A stretch of 64,000 nucleotides of DNA from Chrysemys picta bellii. Its lineage: Eukaryota. The stretch lies in assembly GCF_011386835.1 (NCBI RefSeq), contig NC_088805.1:28644001-28708000 (forward strand), written 5' to 3'. This document shows positions 35,223 to 47,474 of this stretch, one piece after another; positions within the stretch are counted from its first letter, which is position 1; every line of letters starts with the position of its first letter. The position numbers and the translations under genes were made by a program. Under the pieces are notes generated by a model. That model did not search any database and was not told the DNA's origin. It saw nothing but the letters and a program-made list of their open reading frames with translations.

Positions 35223-36126
35223 GTAAGGATTGCTTTGGCTACTTAGCTGAATAATTAATGTTGCGAACAGACCGCCCAGCAGCCATTACAAACAAGGATT
35301 GCTGTATATGCCGCATGCCCCGGCCTCATTGCCCTGTCCTGGTGTTCAGGGCTTTCTGCAGCTCCATCTCTCCCGTTAGCCATCCCTCCAATTGCCCAGA
35401 ATCGGGTCTCGTTCCAGTGTCCTTTGGGCCACGGCACTGCATCCTCAGTGTTTGCTCTCCCTGCGTCGCGGCCGGGATGGTGGCCACTAATTTTTCCGTG
35501 TTATTTTTGAGATCTGAGCAAGCGGAACAGACAAGTGGAAACGTCTTTTGCCATCCTTGTATTTCGGCGCGTGAGCCAAATGCATCTTGACATTAGAAAA
35601 GGAATACATTTGCTCAAGCCTTGTAATAACACTGCTCCTATCCCCAGTTGTGTTTTTGACGGTAAGTTAACTACAATGACTGAGCTCCTTTTACAGCACA
35701 GCTCCCGACAAGGACATGTAGGGGGTTTAAACATGCATAGGGACATCCACCGAACCCTACACCTAGCGCTGTTCATGCCCATCCGTATGTTTGGCTGAGC
35801 CCTTTTGAAAGGAGAGCCAATCAAGGGTGACCCCAAGGTTAACATACAGTAACTTTGCATCCTGAGCCTAGAATGAACCGTCAGCCCCTCTGTGCTCAGT
35901 AATAATAACAATGCTTTCCAGTACAGGGTCTCACAGCCCTGTGCGAATGGTCTTCCGGCAGCCTTGCAAAATCCTGCTTGTTGGCTCACCTTGGATAACT
36001 AGTGAGGGTTTGGTGGGCAAGTAAAATAATGTTGTTTTTTTCATTCTCATCACACTGGTAAGGGCGGGTGAGCAGATTTGGTGCCTGGGCTGGTAAATGT
36101 TCACAATTGGTTTAGCAAGACTGTGT

Positions 36127-36247
36127 TGTCTCCATCTTATAGATGGGGAAACTGAGGCACAGAAAAGTTAAGCGACATGGTGAAGTCCAGCAGCAGAGCT
36201 GGGCTTGGCACCCTGGTTCTTGGCCAACCAGCCGTCAACTCTGCCTC
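36127..36247 (-). mobile_element. CORE/MIR-like SINE
   Basis: ccatcttatagatggggaaactgaggcacaga core. Confidence 0.8.
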
Positions 36248-36267
36248 CTGTCAAATTTGTGTGTGGA

Positions 36268-36382
36268 GCAAAGCAGTGTGGTGCAGTGGTTTGGGTGCTG
36301 GACTAGCATTCAGGAGTCCTGGGTTCTAACCCTGGTTCTGCCTCATTGGCTGCATGAGCTTGTCAAGTCTCTGTGTCCCCAG
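36268..36382 (+). mobile_element. CORE/MIR-like SINE head
   Basis: gcagtgtggtgcagtggtt..ggagtcctgggttctaaccctggttctgcc. Confidence 0.75.
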
Positions 36383-37583
36383 AAACAGGGCTAGCTGCTG
36401 CCCAGAACACTGAGGCCAAAACCAGCTCCCACCTCTAGTCCTTGGCACTGGTGAGCATCTTCCCCAGCAGTGGAGCCATGCTGCTGCTCTCGGAGCTCCC
36501 TCTAGGAAAGTTCTAGAGGCTCTGCGCAGCGTGGCCTTTCCACACCTTCGATGGATTTGGTGCTTGGCCCTGCGTAGAGGGGTCGAGCAGTAACTCTTAA
36601 CAGAGACCCCCCATGTGTCATACAGGGGCTCTTTGCTTTGCACTAACCCTCACCCGTGCAGCTTTGTCTCCTGGTAGCGAAGAACCAGCCATGCTGTCAA
36701 CAAGTCGGAGGATGAAGAGTCGTGAGGTGCAGGAGGGCTCCGGCAGGGGCACTAACTCATCGGGCAGACATTTAGGAATAACAAAATGTTTTAATGATTT
36801 CTTAGGGGAATTCGGGAGACACATTCCTGTCCTCATTAAATTTTATCCTGCGATACGAGAGCCAAATGTCAGAGCTGTTTCCAGAGCCCGGGTCTATTCG
36901 CTCGCCCTCCCCGCGCAGACCCCACCTCGGCGCGGGCTCTCACTCCTGTAATTTTAGCCATCTCGATGCGTTCCTTGACAGGCAGATTTTTTGTAGGCTA
37001 CTTTCGAAGCGACACACAAGTCCTGATTCAACGTTTTTGTTTTGAATGGCTGCTGTCAACACGGCTCCCCGGCGGAGGCTGATGGCTCAGCGAGTATTTT
37101 GATAAGTGAGCGGGGCTGTGTGGCTGCAATTACGAAAGAAGATCGTAAATCTTTTCGATATTGTTCACACAGATGTGGCGTGAAGTGAGGGGGGGAAAAA
37201 AGCAGTAAAATGTGTTAAAAGCATAATTAATGTCATTGTTGCTGAGGAAGATTTGATTTAAGCCTCCCTTTGACTTGGGGAGCAGGGGCGGCTGATTTCT
37301 GTCTCGCGTTGGGCAAACCCACGAGGCGCAGACCCGGGCTGGAGGGAAGGGGCTTGTTAGCGGAGCGCCTGGGGAGAAGCAGGGGAGCACATGGGCTGAA
37401 GAAGAGGGAGATGCAGAGGGAACAGGGCGGGTTGTCTCCATTGAGGATTTGCCTCCGTTTCAGCCAGCAGTGTAGCTGCGCTGGTGCAACCTGTGGTGCA
37501 GACAGGAACAGCCACTGTTTGCACTGGCCAAGCCAATACCGATTTCCAGCAGGGGCAGACTTTGTCGGTGCAAATAGCAGCTG

Positions 37584-37638
37584 GGCCTGTCTACACGGAT
37601 GGCTGAAATCGGAGCAAATCCCTGGTGTAGACAAGGCC
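37584..37638. mobile_element. Very short PIF/Harbinger-like MITE
   Basis: TIRs ggcctgtctacac / gtgtagacaaggcc. Confidence 0.7.
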
Positions 37639-37761
37639 TAGGATGACCAGATGTCCTGATTTTCTAGGGATAGTCCCAATATCCAGGGCTTTGTCTTATA
37701 TAGGCGCCTATTACCTCCCACCCCCGTCGCGATTTTTCACACTTGCCATCTGGTCACCCTA
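37639..37761. mobile_element. hAT-type MITE (TAGGGTGACCAGATG termini)
   Basis: 15-bp TIR with one mismatch; perfect 8-bp TSD ACAAGGCC (37631-37638, 37762-37769). Confidence 0.92.
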
Positions 37762-40700
37762 ACAAGGCCTGAAGCTATATCCTCTCTGTCTAGCGAACTC
37801 TAGCTGTAGCTTCTCCGCTGTAAGCCCCGAGCGTTGACGCAGCCTACAGCGATGGAAGGGCTTTTTCCATTGCTGTAGGTATCCACCTCCCCAACAACGG
37901 GAGCAAGGCTGATGGAAGAATTCTTGGGTCAGCAGAACTACGGCCCTTCGGTTGTGACTTTTTCACACCCCTGAGCTCTGTAACTGTGTCAGCCTAAGAC
38001 CTTAGTCCCAAATCCTGCCCCTTCCTCTTGTCCAGAGGGGCTTCGCTGTGCAGGGGGAGGTATCTTCTCCGAGCTCTGCAGGGGCTGCCTGGGGGCATGT
38101 GCAGGATGGAGCAGGGGTGGGGGATCTGCCACCGTGTGGCTCCACCAGCCATTGGCTCCTGCACTGGGGGTACCGGGTGTCTGGCGGCTCCTGCACCCCT
38201 GAATCTGGAGCAGGCACAGCCCCTGCTCCTGCCTGCATATGGGGAGGCGGGGGGACTGCCATGGCCACGCAGGTCCCAAGGCAGGAGTAGCAGCTGCTCT
38301 CACTTTGCGGTGACCTTGTGAGCCGGAGAAATTCCTTCCCTCACCACGTGGCCACTGAGTGACTGGGGCTAGGCACTAGGAGAGCATTTCCCCCTGAGAG
38401 GATACTGCCGCTTTCCCCAAGGGGCTAAGGAAAGTTACTAGCCGTCCCCCTTACCCCCAACGCAGGGCTTTGCGCCCGTCCGGGGTCTCGGAGGGGTTCC
38501 GTGCACCTCTCCTGACCCGATTGGCGCAGGGAGCGGTGCTGTGTCACTCCCGCTAATGCCAGACGGCATGGGAAGACGTGCTGTTAACTTTCAACAGCAA
38601 CGCTGCGTGACAGGCCTCCGCGGGCGGGCGGGCGGGGCGCTGAAAGCGATCTAGTGGGCTTGGCTGGCTCTGCCGGCGAGCTGCTCGTGGAACCAGCCCA
38701 GAGAGAGCCCTGCAGATGGGAGACCAGGAGTCAGCCAGTAGAGGCGGGGGAGGAGAGTCCAGCCTCCTGTTGATTCCAACAGCAGCAGCATTTGGCCTCT
38801 TGACTTGACTATCAATGGGAATTTTTGCCCAAGCAAGGGCTGCAGGCCTGGGCCTGGAGGGGAAGGAGTCCCATGTGGAGGAGCTGGCTCTGGGGAGGAG
38901 GGAACAGGGAGGACGTGGCAATGGGGGCAGGGACATGTGCAGGGTTGGGTGTGGGGAGCATGTAGGGGTGTGCGGAGACCATGGGAGAGTTAAAAGCCAG
39001 GGGACGGCTGGGGTCTGGAACTGGATGGGTAACGGTGAGTGAGGCTCTCCCTTCCTGCCGGTCCCGAGCGATCCAGCTGTCTGGAGTCCCTCAACCGTGC
39101 CGCATGGTGTGGTTTGCTGGAGACGCGTCGTTGTTCTGCAGCCGCTCCGTGCGGCTCCACAGCAGCTTTGATGTAATGTGTAATTAGACGTTAACTAGAG
39201 TAATGTTCCATGAGTATCACATGGAGCTGGAAGGTTTCAGGACCCGGGAAGGCAAATGAATTATTCAGTAAATAACTCAGGTAAGAACAGCCAAGCTGAG
39301 TGGAAAATACAACCCAAAAATCCAGGACAGCAAGACGTCAGGCCAAATTCAGTTCTATCCCACATGCCTCTACGTTGACTTTAGTGGGGCTGGATGGGCA
39401 GCCTCAGAACATCCACTGAGCATTAGCGCTGGCCTCTCCGGGGCCCTGTATTAATCAAAGCGGGGGGAACGCTGGCTCTGAGGCAATAAGAACCATCCAG
39501 AACGTTCACCCAGCCCACCAACCCCAAGCTAACCCTTGTTCAGAGTTCTCCAAAGTTTGACCAACTCTTATATCTCGAGACGGGACATGAGGTGAGCTAG
39601 GACTTTCAGCTTGAGTTCCTGGCGAGAGGGGTTCAGCTTGGAACCCCCACTGGGCCTCTGACCCTTCAGGGATTACCCTGTCACTAGGGCTGCAGAGCTG
39701 AAGCACACTGAAGGTCAGTTCCCGAGGACACAACCTTCAGTTACTGACAATGTTTAGATTAAAAGATCTAAGTTAGACGGCCCAGCCCGGAGGTCCTTGC
39801 TCTGTTTGGACTCCCCACATCTTCAGGCACAATTCCCATTGGTGCCCAGGGGCCAAATCCTGGGGTATCCCGAGCTCTCACTGCTCCCCCTGACTGCAGG
39901 AAGGGCTTTGCTTTCACAAGGACTCAGTACAGCAAAGATATCCAGGTTCAGCCCGTCATGATCCTGACTGCAGGTGAGAGATGGAACCAAACCAAGGCCC
40001 TGCTCCTGTGCATGACCACTTCCAGGATCAGAGCCTAAAGCCCCTGATGCAAATGCCCCCGACCGGATCAGAATGGGAAATCTACAGCAGTCCCTTCTCT
40101 ATGAGATGTGTGAGGTCAGCTCCCCTCCCCTCTCCGTTACAGACACCCCCAGGCTTTCAGTTCAGAGCCACTCAGCTGGACGGACACCATCCCTCGTCGG
40201 CACTCCGCTTCCCCAGACACGCTCACGTCCCCAGTGGGAGACCCGGTCTCTCTGCAGCAGAGTGTGGAAAGGTATTTTGTCTTTTCTTTACCAGGGAATT
40301 GGGTTTTCCTGGAAGCGTTACCAAGATTTCCTAACGAAGCCAAAAACCCAACTCTTTTGGACGCATCAGTGAAAGACGTTCCCCTGCCCTGTGAAGTTGT
40401 GAATGCTAAAATAGTGTGCAATAGCACCAGCTAGTGGTTGTATTTGGCATCTGTAATTTAAGAAAAATACCAGGCCAATTTTTATTTTTTAAAAAGTTAC
40501 GTTTTGTATTCAAGTATTTAAAAACAAAAATCAGCTGGTTTGGTCTTTTGTGAGGTTAGGCTCTAATGAAATCAAAGTAAGTTAGTCATTTAATTAAGCA
40601 TCGTGTGCACAAATAGGTTAGTAATTGCCACACAAAGCCAGTGTCATTTTAATCCACACTTTGTTTTCATAGGACTGGTCCTGCAAACACGGATGCATTT

Positions 40701-41809
40701 GACTCATTCCACCAGTGTGGGTCGTCTCCCTTGTGAGTAGAATTACACACCTGTGTAGGCGTTAGCAGGATTGGGCCCATAGTCAGGAGCAGACCTCTCT
40801 GTTTGCCCCAGACTGGGACAGGAGGCAGGGGGTGACATGTGTGATACAAACCTAAGATGAGGGACACTCAGAATGATTCTTCCAATGTCATAGGCACCAC
40901 TCCCTTTAGTGTCAATGGTTCTTCCTGTGAGCCCCGCCTCATAATACTTCATCTCTGATGTAAATTGTTTCTAACAATAAAAGGGTATGATCCTGCATCA
41001 TCAAAGTCAATGGGAACTTTGCCATTAACGTCACTGGGCAGTAGATCAGACTCGAGGTGTGGTGGGTGCCAAACAGCTCTCTGGAACTACAGTGAGTTAC
41101 GGCCCTTGAGCTGAAGGACATCTGAGAGGTATGGTTGGTGATCAGATGTGGTTGGCTGGACCTTTAAGATGTGTTGGCCAAATTAAGGGCTATATTACAT
41201 TTCAAGCCCTATTTTTAAAACTTAGATCTTAGGCAAGTTGATTTTATTGCCTCTGTTGCCTATATGTGGATTGTCTGTTTAGTCCACAGATCACATCAAA
41301 TCTCCCCTCTCGTGTGGACTAGCCAGGAGGGAATGGTGGTATGCTGTTTTAAGCTCAAATGTTTTCTTTAGAGCTCCCAGGTCCAAAAATATGTAATCAA
41401 AATGCAAACAGCTCACATCTGAGGAGGAAATGTTTAGAAAATGTGTCATTTTTATTTCAGCAAAGGCATGGTTGCTGAAAGAAGCTAGATGTAAATGCTG
41501 ATACAGGCAAAACTCCATCGCGGCTTTATTACACAGGGTAGTGGCATGCGTTTTTGCTATTACATTATTTCTTGTTACAAAGAGACAGAGGAATTTGCCA
41601 TAACAGATTGGATCATTGGTCTGTCTAGCTTTTTATTCTGCATTGGCTGTTCCCTGGTGTTTCCGGGGCTAGCAAGAAAAGACCCTCTTGGTGATACACC
41701 TAACCAGTATGTGCCGTGGGAATGAGAGAGACTGCCGGGTTGTGAAGGATTCCCGATCATCTTAGGCCCTGGAGCATGAGGTTTAATTACCTATATCGTT
41801 ATCTTAGCT

Positions 41810-42000
41810 TGCATAGCTACAAATATTATTAATGGCTGTAAAATTATCCTTTTTAAAATCAGCCACGCTATATGTCTTCAGCTGATGACCCTCTGCAGCT
41901 GGGAATTCTACGGGTGGACTCTATGCTGTGGGAAGGCATGGTTTCCTTTTATTGGTTCTAAATTTATGGCCCTCTAATTTCATTGAGTGTCACTTTCTGC
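41810..42000 (-). mobile_element. Old CR1 ORF2 fragment
   Basis: Reverse complement cactcaatgaaattagagggccataaatttagaaccaataaaaggaa... Confidence 0.7.
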
Positions 42001-42289
42001 TAATGTGTGCCAGGTAAGATGCAAGGGTTAATTTCTACTAAGCAGGAATCCTTAGTCAACTCTCCACTAATTTGTGTCTTTACTGTAGCTTCTATGTCCA
42101 GGGATAATCCATCAGTTATACCAACGAATCAGGTTTATTCAGTGCTCGTATACTGTAATCTGATGCCCTTCTGTAGTTCCCGTCAATCCAAGGATCTCAA
42201 AGCGCTTTGTAAACATTATTTGTATTTCTTTATTTCGATTTTTAAAAATTTAAAAGACGCCTATCCAAGGCTCTGGACAGCCAACACAT

Positions 42290-42470
42290 CATTAATAATA
42301 CAGTAAAATCCAAGCAGCATTACAGGCCTCATCAGGACAGAGACCTACAGAAACTTCTTTCCATCCTATCATCATTAGGGGCATTCCCTACACTGTCTCC
42401 CACAGCCCTATCAAACCGGCATCTCTTGCAGCATGCCTGGAAAGTCAGCAAATCCAAGCTATTAATCAAG
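42290..42470 (-). mobile_element. LINE (L2/CR1 clade) 3' fragment
   Basis: aatacagtaaaa..cctacagaaacttct..ttccctacactgtctcccacagccc..ttgcagcatgcctggaaagtcagcaaatcc resembles a turtle LINE 3' end as recalled. Confidence 0.45.
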
Positions 42471-42742
42471 TAATTTTGCTTCCCAGCACCATGATGTAAT
42501 CATATTATTGGCTAGTATTATTATTCTCATGTAACATAGGGAAACTGAGGCACAGAGAGGCTAAAGCAATTATTTTCAGGACTGTTGGGTGCTTCAGTTT
42601 TGGGGAATGCAATGTGAGACATTTTGGCCTGGCTTTTCAATGGCATTGAGCATCTGCAGCTCCCACTGACTTCAGCTGGAGTGGTGAGTACTCAGAAGCT
42701 CTGAAAAGTGGGGCCAACGTTTCTAAATCTTGGCATCAATAA

Positions 42743-42910
42743 TTCATTGATTCATAGATTGCAAGGTCAGAAGGGCCCGTTGTGATCAGCTCGTCTGAGC
42801 TCTTGGGTAACACAGGCCAGAGACCTGCCCCACGGTAATTCCTAGAGCAGCCAATCTTGATTTCAAAATCGCCAGGGTTGGAGGATCCCCCGGGACCCTT
42901 GGTAAATTGT
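42743..42910 (-). mobile_element. CR1 3' end
   Basis: Tail ttcattgattcatagatt (reverse of ATCTATGA repeats), aaggtcagaaggg..ccaatcttgatttcaaaat..gacccttggtaaattgttc. Confidence 0.8.
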
Positions 42911-45270
42911 TCTGGCGAGGCGCCACTTTTGAAAATTTGGGCCCAAATGACTTGTCCAATGGATTAGATATCCCGGATCTTCTGAGCCAAAAGCCCAAGA
43001 CCATCCTTCCTTCCCTAGCTCAGGGGACACTGGGATTTCCATTGGAAGCCCTAGCCCTGGCTTTCATTGTTTCCTCTAACTCAATCATTTTTGCTAGGGA
43101 TTCCAATGAGCAGAGCTCAGACCAGACCGAATCTCCATGTGGGGGATTCTTGGCCACTGTTAGGTACATTGGGTCTGACTCTCCTCTCACACCTGCGTAA
43201 ATCAGGAGTCACTCCACTGGAATCGTAGTGTTCTGTTGCGGTCAAACTGCTACAAGTGAGCGGGAAATCGGGACCACATGATGCGCCAATCGGACAGCCA
43301 GGGAAATGGACCTCATCTCTTGATCCACAGGCCAAGCAGAGAATGAGCAGCAGCTAGTGAGCTTCTACCCACCCCAGCCACCACCTCTTGAATCCCGATG
43401 GAACCACCTTTAGGGATTAGCAGGTAGTCCAGAGCTTCTGGGTTGTGTCCTTTGCTCTGGCGCCAACTCACCATCATCTTTGGGCAGTCGCTTTCTGTGC
43501 GTTGCTTTGCCCAGTTGCCCTAGGGTAGCACAAAACGGGTTTAGAGTCTGATCTTCCATCAGTGCTGGGCAGTGACTCGCAGCTGCAGAGGTGAAAGGTG
43601 AGCGCCCGAGCTTTGCGCCTCACTTGAGCGTGTTTTCTTTTTCCCCTGCTATCGTTATTATCAGAATGAGCCTTTCCTCTTCTCGGTTCTTGCTGAGAAA
43701 GGGGGATTTGGAGTGGTTCTTTATACAGCTGTTTTTACTGTAGTGAGAAACTAGCTCGACATATTTGAAAGCAAACAGAAGGCTCCCTCCCCCCCCCCTT
43801 AACTTGTGTACCTTAGTCACTCTGCCTGACATTTAGCTGATGCCTCAAATAATTCTTCAAGACAAAGTAAATGGGATTTCCTTTGATACAGCGATTCTTC
43901 AGTTACAGGCATTTTAAGTATGCATATTTTGACACCGTCTTCTTGTTGTCTGGTCTTTTATTTCTATAAAGAAAACCACCCGGCTGTGTTTCAAAATTAA
44001 CAACAATGGATTGTTGTTCTCTGGATTTCGGCAGAAATGGTGGTTGCATGAAGAAATTAATGGAGAATGGTTTTCATAGACTAATTGCAGCACGAGGTGG
44101 AAAAGAACCAGTGCGCCCATCAGGGTGTGATGCCAGTGCAGGGATATAGTAATTTGCTCAGGGCCTGTTGTTCAAAGGTGCCGAATGCTTGCAGTCCCTC
44201 TGCCTTCATTTGGAACGGTGACCTCTTCGGAAAATCAGGCGGTAGATTCCTTGGGCAAGATTCATCGTTGGGGTAACTCAATGAAGTTAGTGGCGTTCTA
44301 CCAGGAATGTATTTGGCCCGTTTTCCTAGAACGAAAAAGGCCAGAGTTTCAGTCAATGGCCTCCATTTTGGCAGACTCGCTAATTCCGCTCACTTAGCAG
44401 TGTAAGTCTTTGATAGGTGGGGATCATCAGAGACCTTGATGTTGACATGAATTAAATAGCGGGTGTTCACTGGTGCAGTTTTGCACCTTCAAAACTGTAG
44501 ACTTGGATAAAGGTGTATTGAAAATTTGACCCAATGGGCTATATCTGAAGCCTAGGGAAAGACTCCCGTTAACTTCAGTAGGAATTGGATCAGGTCTTTT
44601 ATATATAATGTCAAGGTAGAAATTGAAAGGTGTCAAAGGAGCATTTTGGTCTTTGACTAATATTTACTTCATTTTGGTCTTCTGTCTTAGAAAATGTCTG
44701 GAGCCAATTCTCTGTTCTTCCAGAGGATTTCTTCATCGGACACTGGAGAGTTCAAATTGGTCTTACAAGGAGACTTTTGTAGCCATTTCTACTCGGTAGA
44801 AAGCAACATTTAGCACCAGACCTTCACTGGTATAAATCAATTTATCTCCACTGAAGTCAGCCAGGCTATGCTGATTTACGCCAACTGAGGAACTGGCCTT
44901 CCATACCCCAGTAAAGCCTTGAAAAAGATGCTTAACTGGCTAGTGCGGTTGAGGTTCTTGGTCAAGGGCCACACCCAAGTCTTCTCACTGACTTCACTGG
45001 GCTTTGGGTACGGTTGGCGTGAAATTGGATTAATTTTGCTCTAGTAAACCCCTGAAATCTGCCACCTGTTACTAGGATGCCAAGATGGTCTCTGAGAAGA
45101 GAGTTCAGACTGTAATGTCATGGAGGGTTTCCAGCTGCTCCAGAATGGTTAGTGTCATTATTGACGATTTAGAGAATTATTATGTCCGGCCATTTCAGCT
45201 TGTTCATTTCCTCTGCAGTGCATCTGGTAGGACAGTCGGGGCACAGGCTATCATTGGGCTTTTGTTACTG

Positions 45271-45515
45271 TTGTTTATTATTTGTATGACCGTAGCGCCT
45301 AGAGGCCCTAGTCATGGGCCAGGACCCCAGTGTGCTAGGCGCTGTACAAACATAGAACAAAAAGCTGGTCCCTGCCCCAAATTGCTTCCGATCTAACTAC
45401 AAGACAAGAGACCACAGAGGGATACAGACAGCCTGATGGGAGAGAACGAGGCAGAATGAGACAGGATTGGTCTCAGCACACCAGCAGCCTAACTGGTGTC
45501 AAGTTTTCATAGGCA
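45271..45515 (-). mobile_element. L2-type LINE 3' end (turtle)
   Basis: tttattatttgtatgaccgtagcgcctag..gtgctaggcgctgtacaaac..ggtccctgccccaaa..ggtctcagcacaccagcagcctaac. Confidence 0.8.
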
Positions 45516-46533
45516 AACCCAATACGTGTCATTGGAAGTCTGTACCTGAATCACGGCATACCATGCTGCAAGCCAGTGCCTGCTGCATCTGCATCTGGAG
45601 AGCAGGAGGGTTGCTGCTTGTTCTGAATCGGTGGTTCCTAACCACTACTCTGTGCGCCACTACCAGCGTGTCAGGCTTTTGTGTGACTGTAGGCGGCTCC
45701 CTTATGCCCTGCTCTGCTATCTCAGTCTGTTCTCTAGATTCCCAAGAGGCAGGCTGAGAAGGTAAAGGATTAGCTGCGTGAGTAGCCCAAGGAAATGGCC
45801 CTGGGTAGTCAAAGAGCATCTCCCAAGACCAATCTGAAGAGTCTCATTTGTCTTGTGCAATGGACCAAGATTCACCTGCGTGAAGGAATATTCCACCAAA
45901 CCAATGACACACACGTTGCAGGGACGATTTCTTTACAAATCCTTCTGCACGGAGCATTTATAGCTATTGCTGTGGAGTCTGGCAGTGGCAGAGCATGTCC
46001 ATTGAGGTCTTGCTCCAGTTAGTCATTGACAAAACGCCCATTGAATTCAATGGAAGCCAGATCAGGCCTCAGCTCAGCTGCTTACCTCCATTACACCATC
46101 TGCCCTGGGTGCAGACGAGATGGCAATCGCTCGAACAATTCACCCACTGGGGTATTTCTCCAGTGATGGGTGCCCCAGAAATGCAGGACACGCCCTTTTA
46201 TCCAAAAGGCCTGGGGGACCTCCGAAAGCTTCCAATAACCAGGCATACACATGTGGACTCGGATAACTAGGATTTTCAGGTAAAGGGGATTCAGATAGCT
46301 GGTATTTAATTTCACACGTGCCCAACTTTCTACACATGAATAGTCCCGTTGACTGCAATCACGTTGACTAATCGTGGGTGCAAAGCTAAGTAGGTGTATA
46401 AGTGTCCGGAAGATGGGGGCCTAAGTATATAAATATACACGGCTACAAGAATCCGGGCAAATATAAAGGGGTCAAATCCTGCTTCCTGTGGGTGAAATTC
46501 TCCCCCATACAAAAGACAAACACAAGGCCCATA

Positions 46534-46622
46534 GGCCCAGATCGTCAAAAGTATTTAGGCAACCAGCTCCCATTGAAATCAGTGGGAGTTAAGCAGCTAA
46601 GTATCTTTGGAGAGTCTGGGCC
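46534..46622. mobile_element. Hairpin MITE (ggcccagatc..gtctgggcc)
   Basis: Long imperfect inverted arms around ctcccattgaaatcagtgggag. Confidence 0.8.
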
Positions 46623-47294
46623 ATAGGGCTTAAATGGGACTTGAGCAGGGCATTGACCTTGATTGGTCAACCTTCTACACGGGGTGAATTTCCCCTTCAT
46701 ATGAGCTGGAATCAGTAAGACCAGCATTGGCCATGACGCTGGTGGAAATCCAGAGGAAGCATGTTCACTCAGAGGACTTACTCCAGGTCTATCTCTGTGT
46801 AAATAAGATGAGAACATGGCCCAATGGGCTCCTCGCAGGAGTAAGGCAATCCGCACGGGCCCTTTTTCCCAGTTAATTGCCCTGTCTATGATTTCAAACT
46901 GACTTTGCACCTTGTCGACTTCCCACCGCCAAATGTCTCCAAGCGGCCCCTGTACAATTATATACGGCAAGGAAAATGAAAGGTCAGTCATGCCGTCCAC
47001 ACGGCTGTGGCGAGCTGGCACCGTTTGTTACTACCGCCTGTAATTCTGCATTTGATACCATCCTAGGCTGAGGGAGTTGTTCTTAGCAACAGAGTTGGAT
47101 TTTATTGCCAGTTGTTTTGCAGTTGGATTTGTGCCATAGGTGTGGGGTAGAAGGCAGAGTGCCTAGCTCTCTCCCACTTCCCTGTTTATCTAACTTTTTG
47201 ACCCTGGAGAATTTGATTCTATTTTTTCCCTCTTTTCCTCTTAAAAAAAAAAAAAATAAAATAAAATAACCTGGCTCAATAGGAGGCATTTTCT

Positions 47295-47474
47295 NNNNNN
47301 NNNNNNNNNNNNNNNNNNNNNNNNNNNNNNNNNNNNNNNNNNNNNNNNNNNNNNNNNNNNNNNNNNNNNNNNNNNNNNNNNNNNNNNNNNNNNNNNNNNN
47401 NNNNNNNNNNNNNNNNNNNNNNNNNNNNNNNNNNNNNNNNNNNNNNNNNNNNNNNNNNNNNNNNNNNNNNNNNN
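47295..47474. other. Assembly gap (180 N)
   Basis: Run of N seen directly. Confidence 1.

Noticed and set aside
43515-43603. Cryptic exon ending at strong donor AAG|GTGAGC
   Set aside because: Candidate acceptors give 35- or 83-nt frameshifting exons with no other support; such donors are common by chance.
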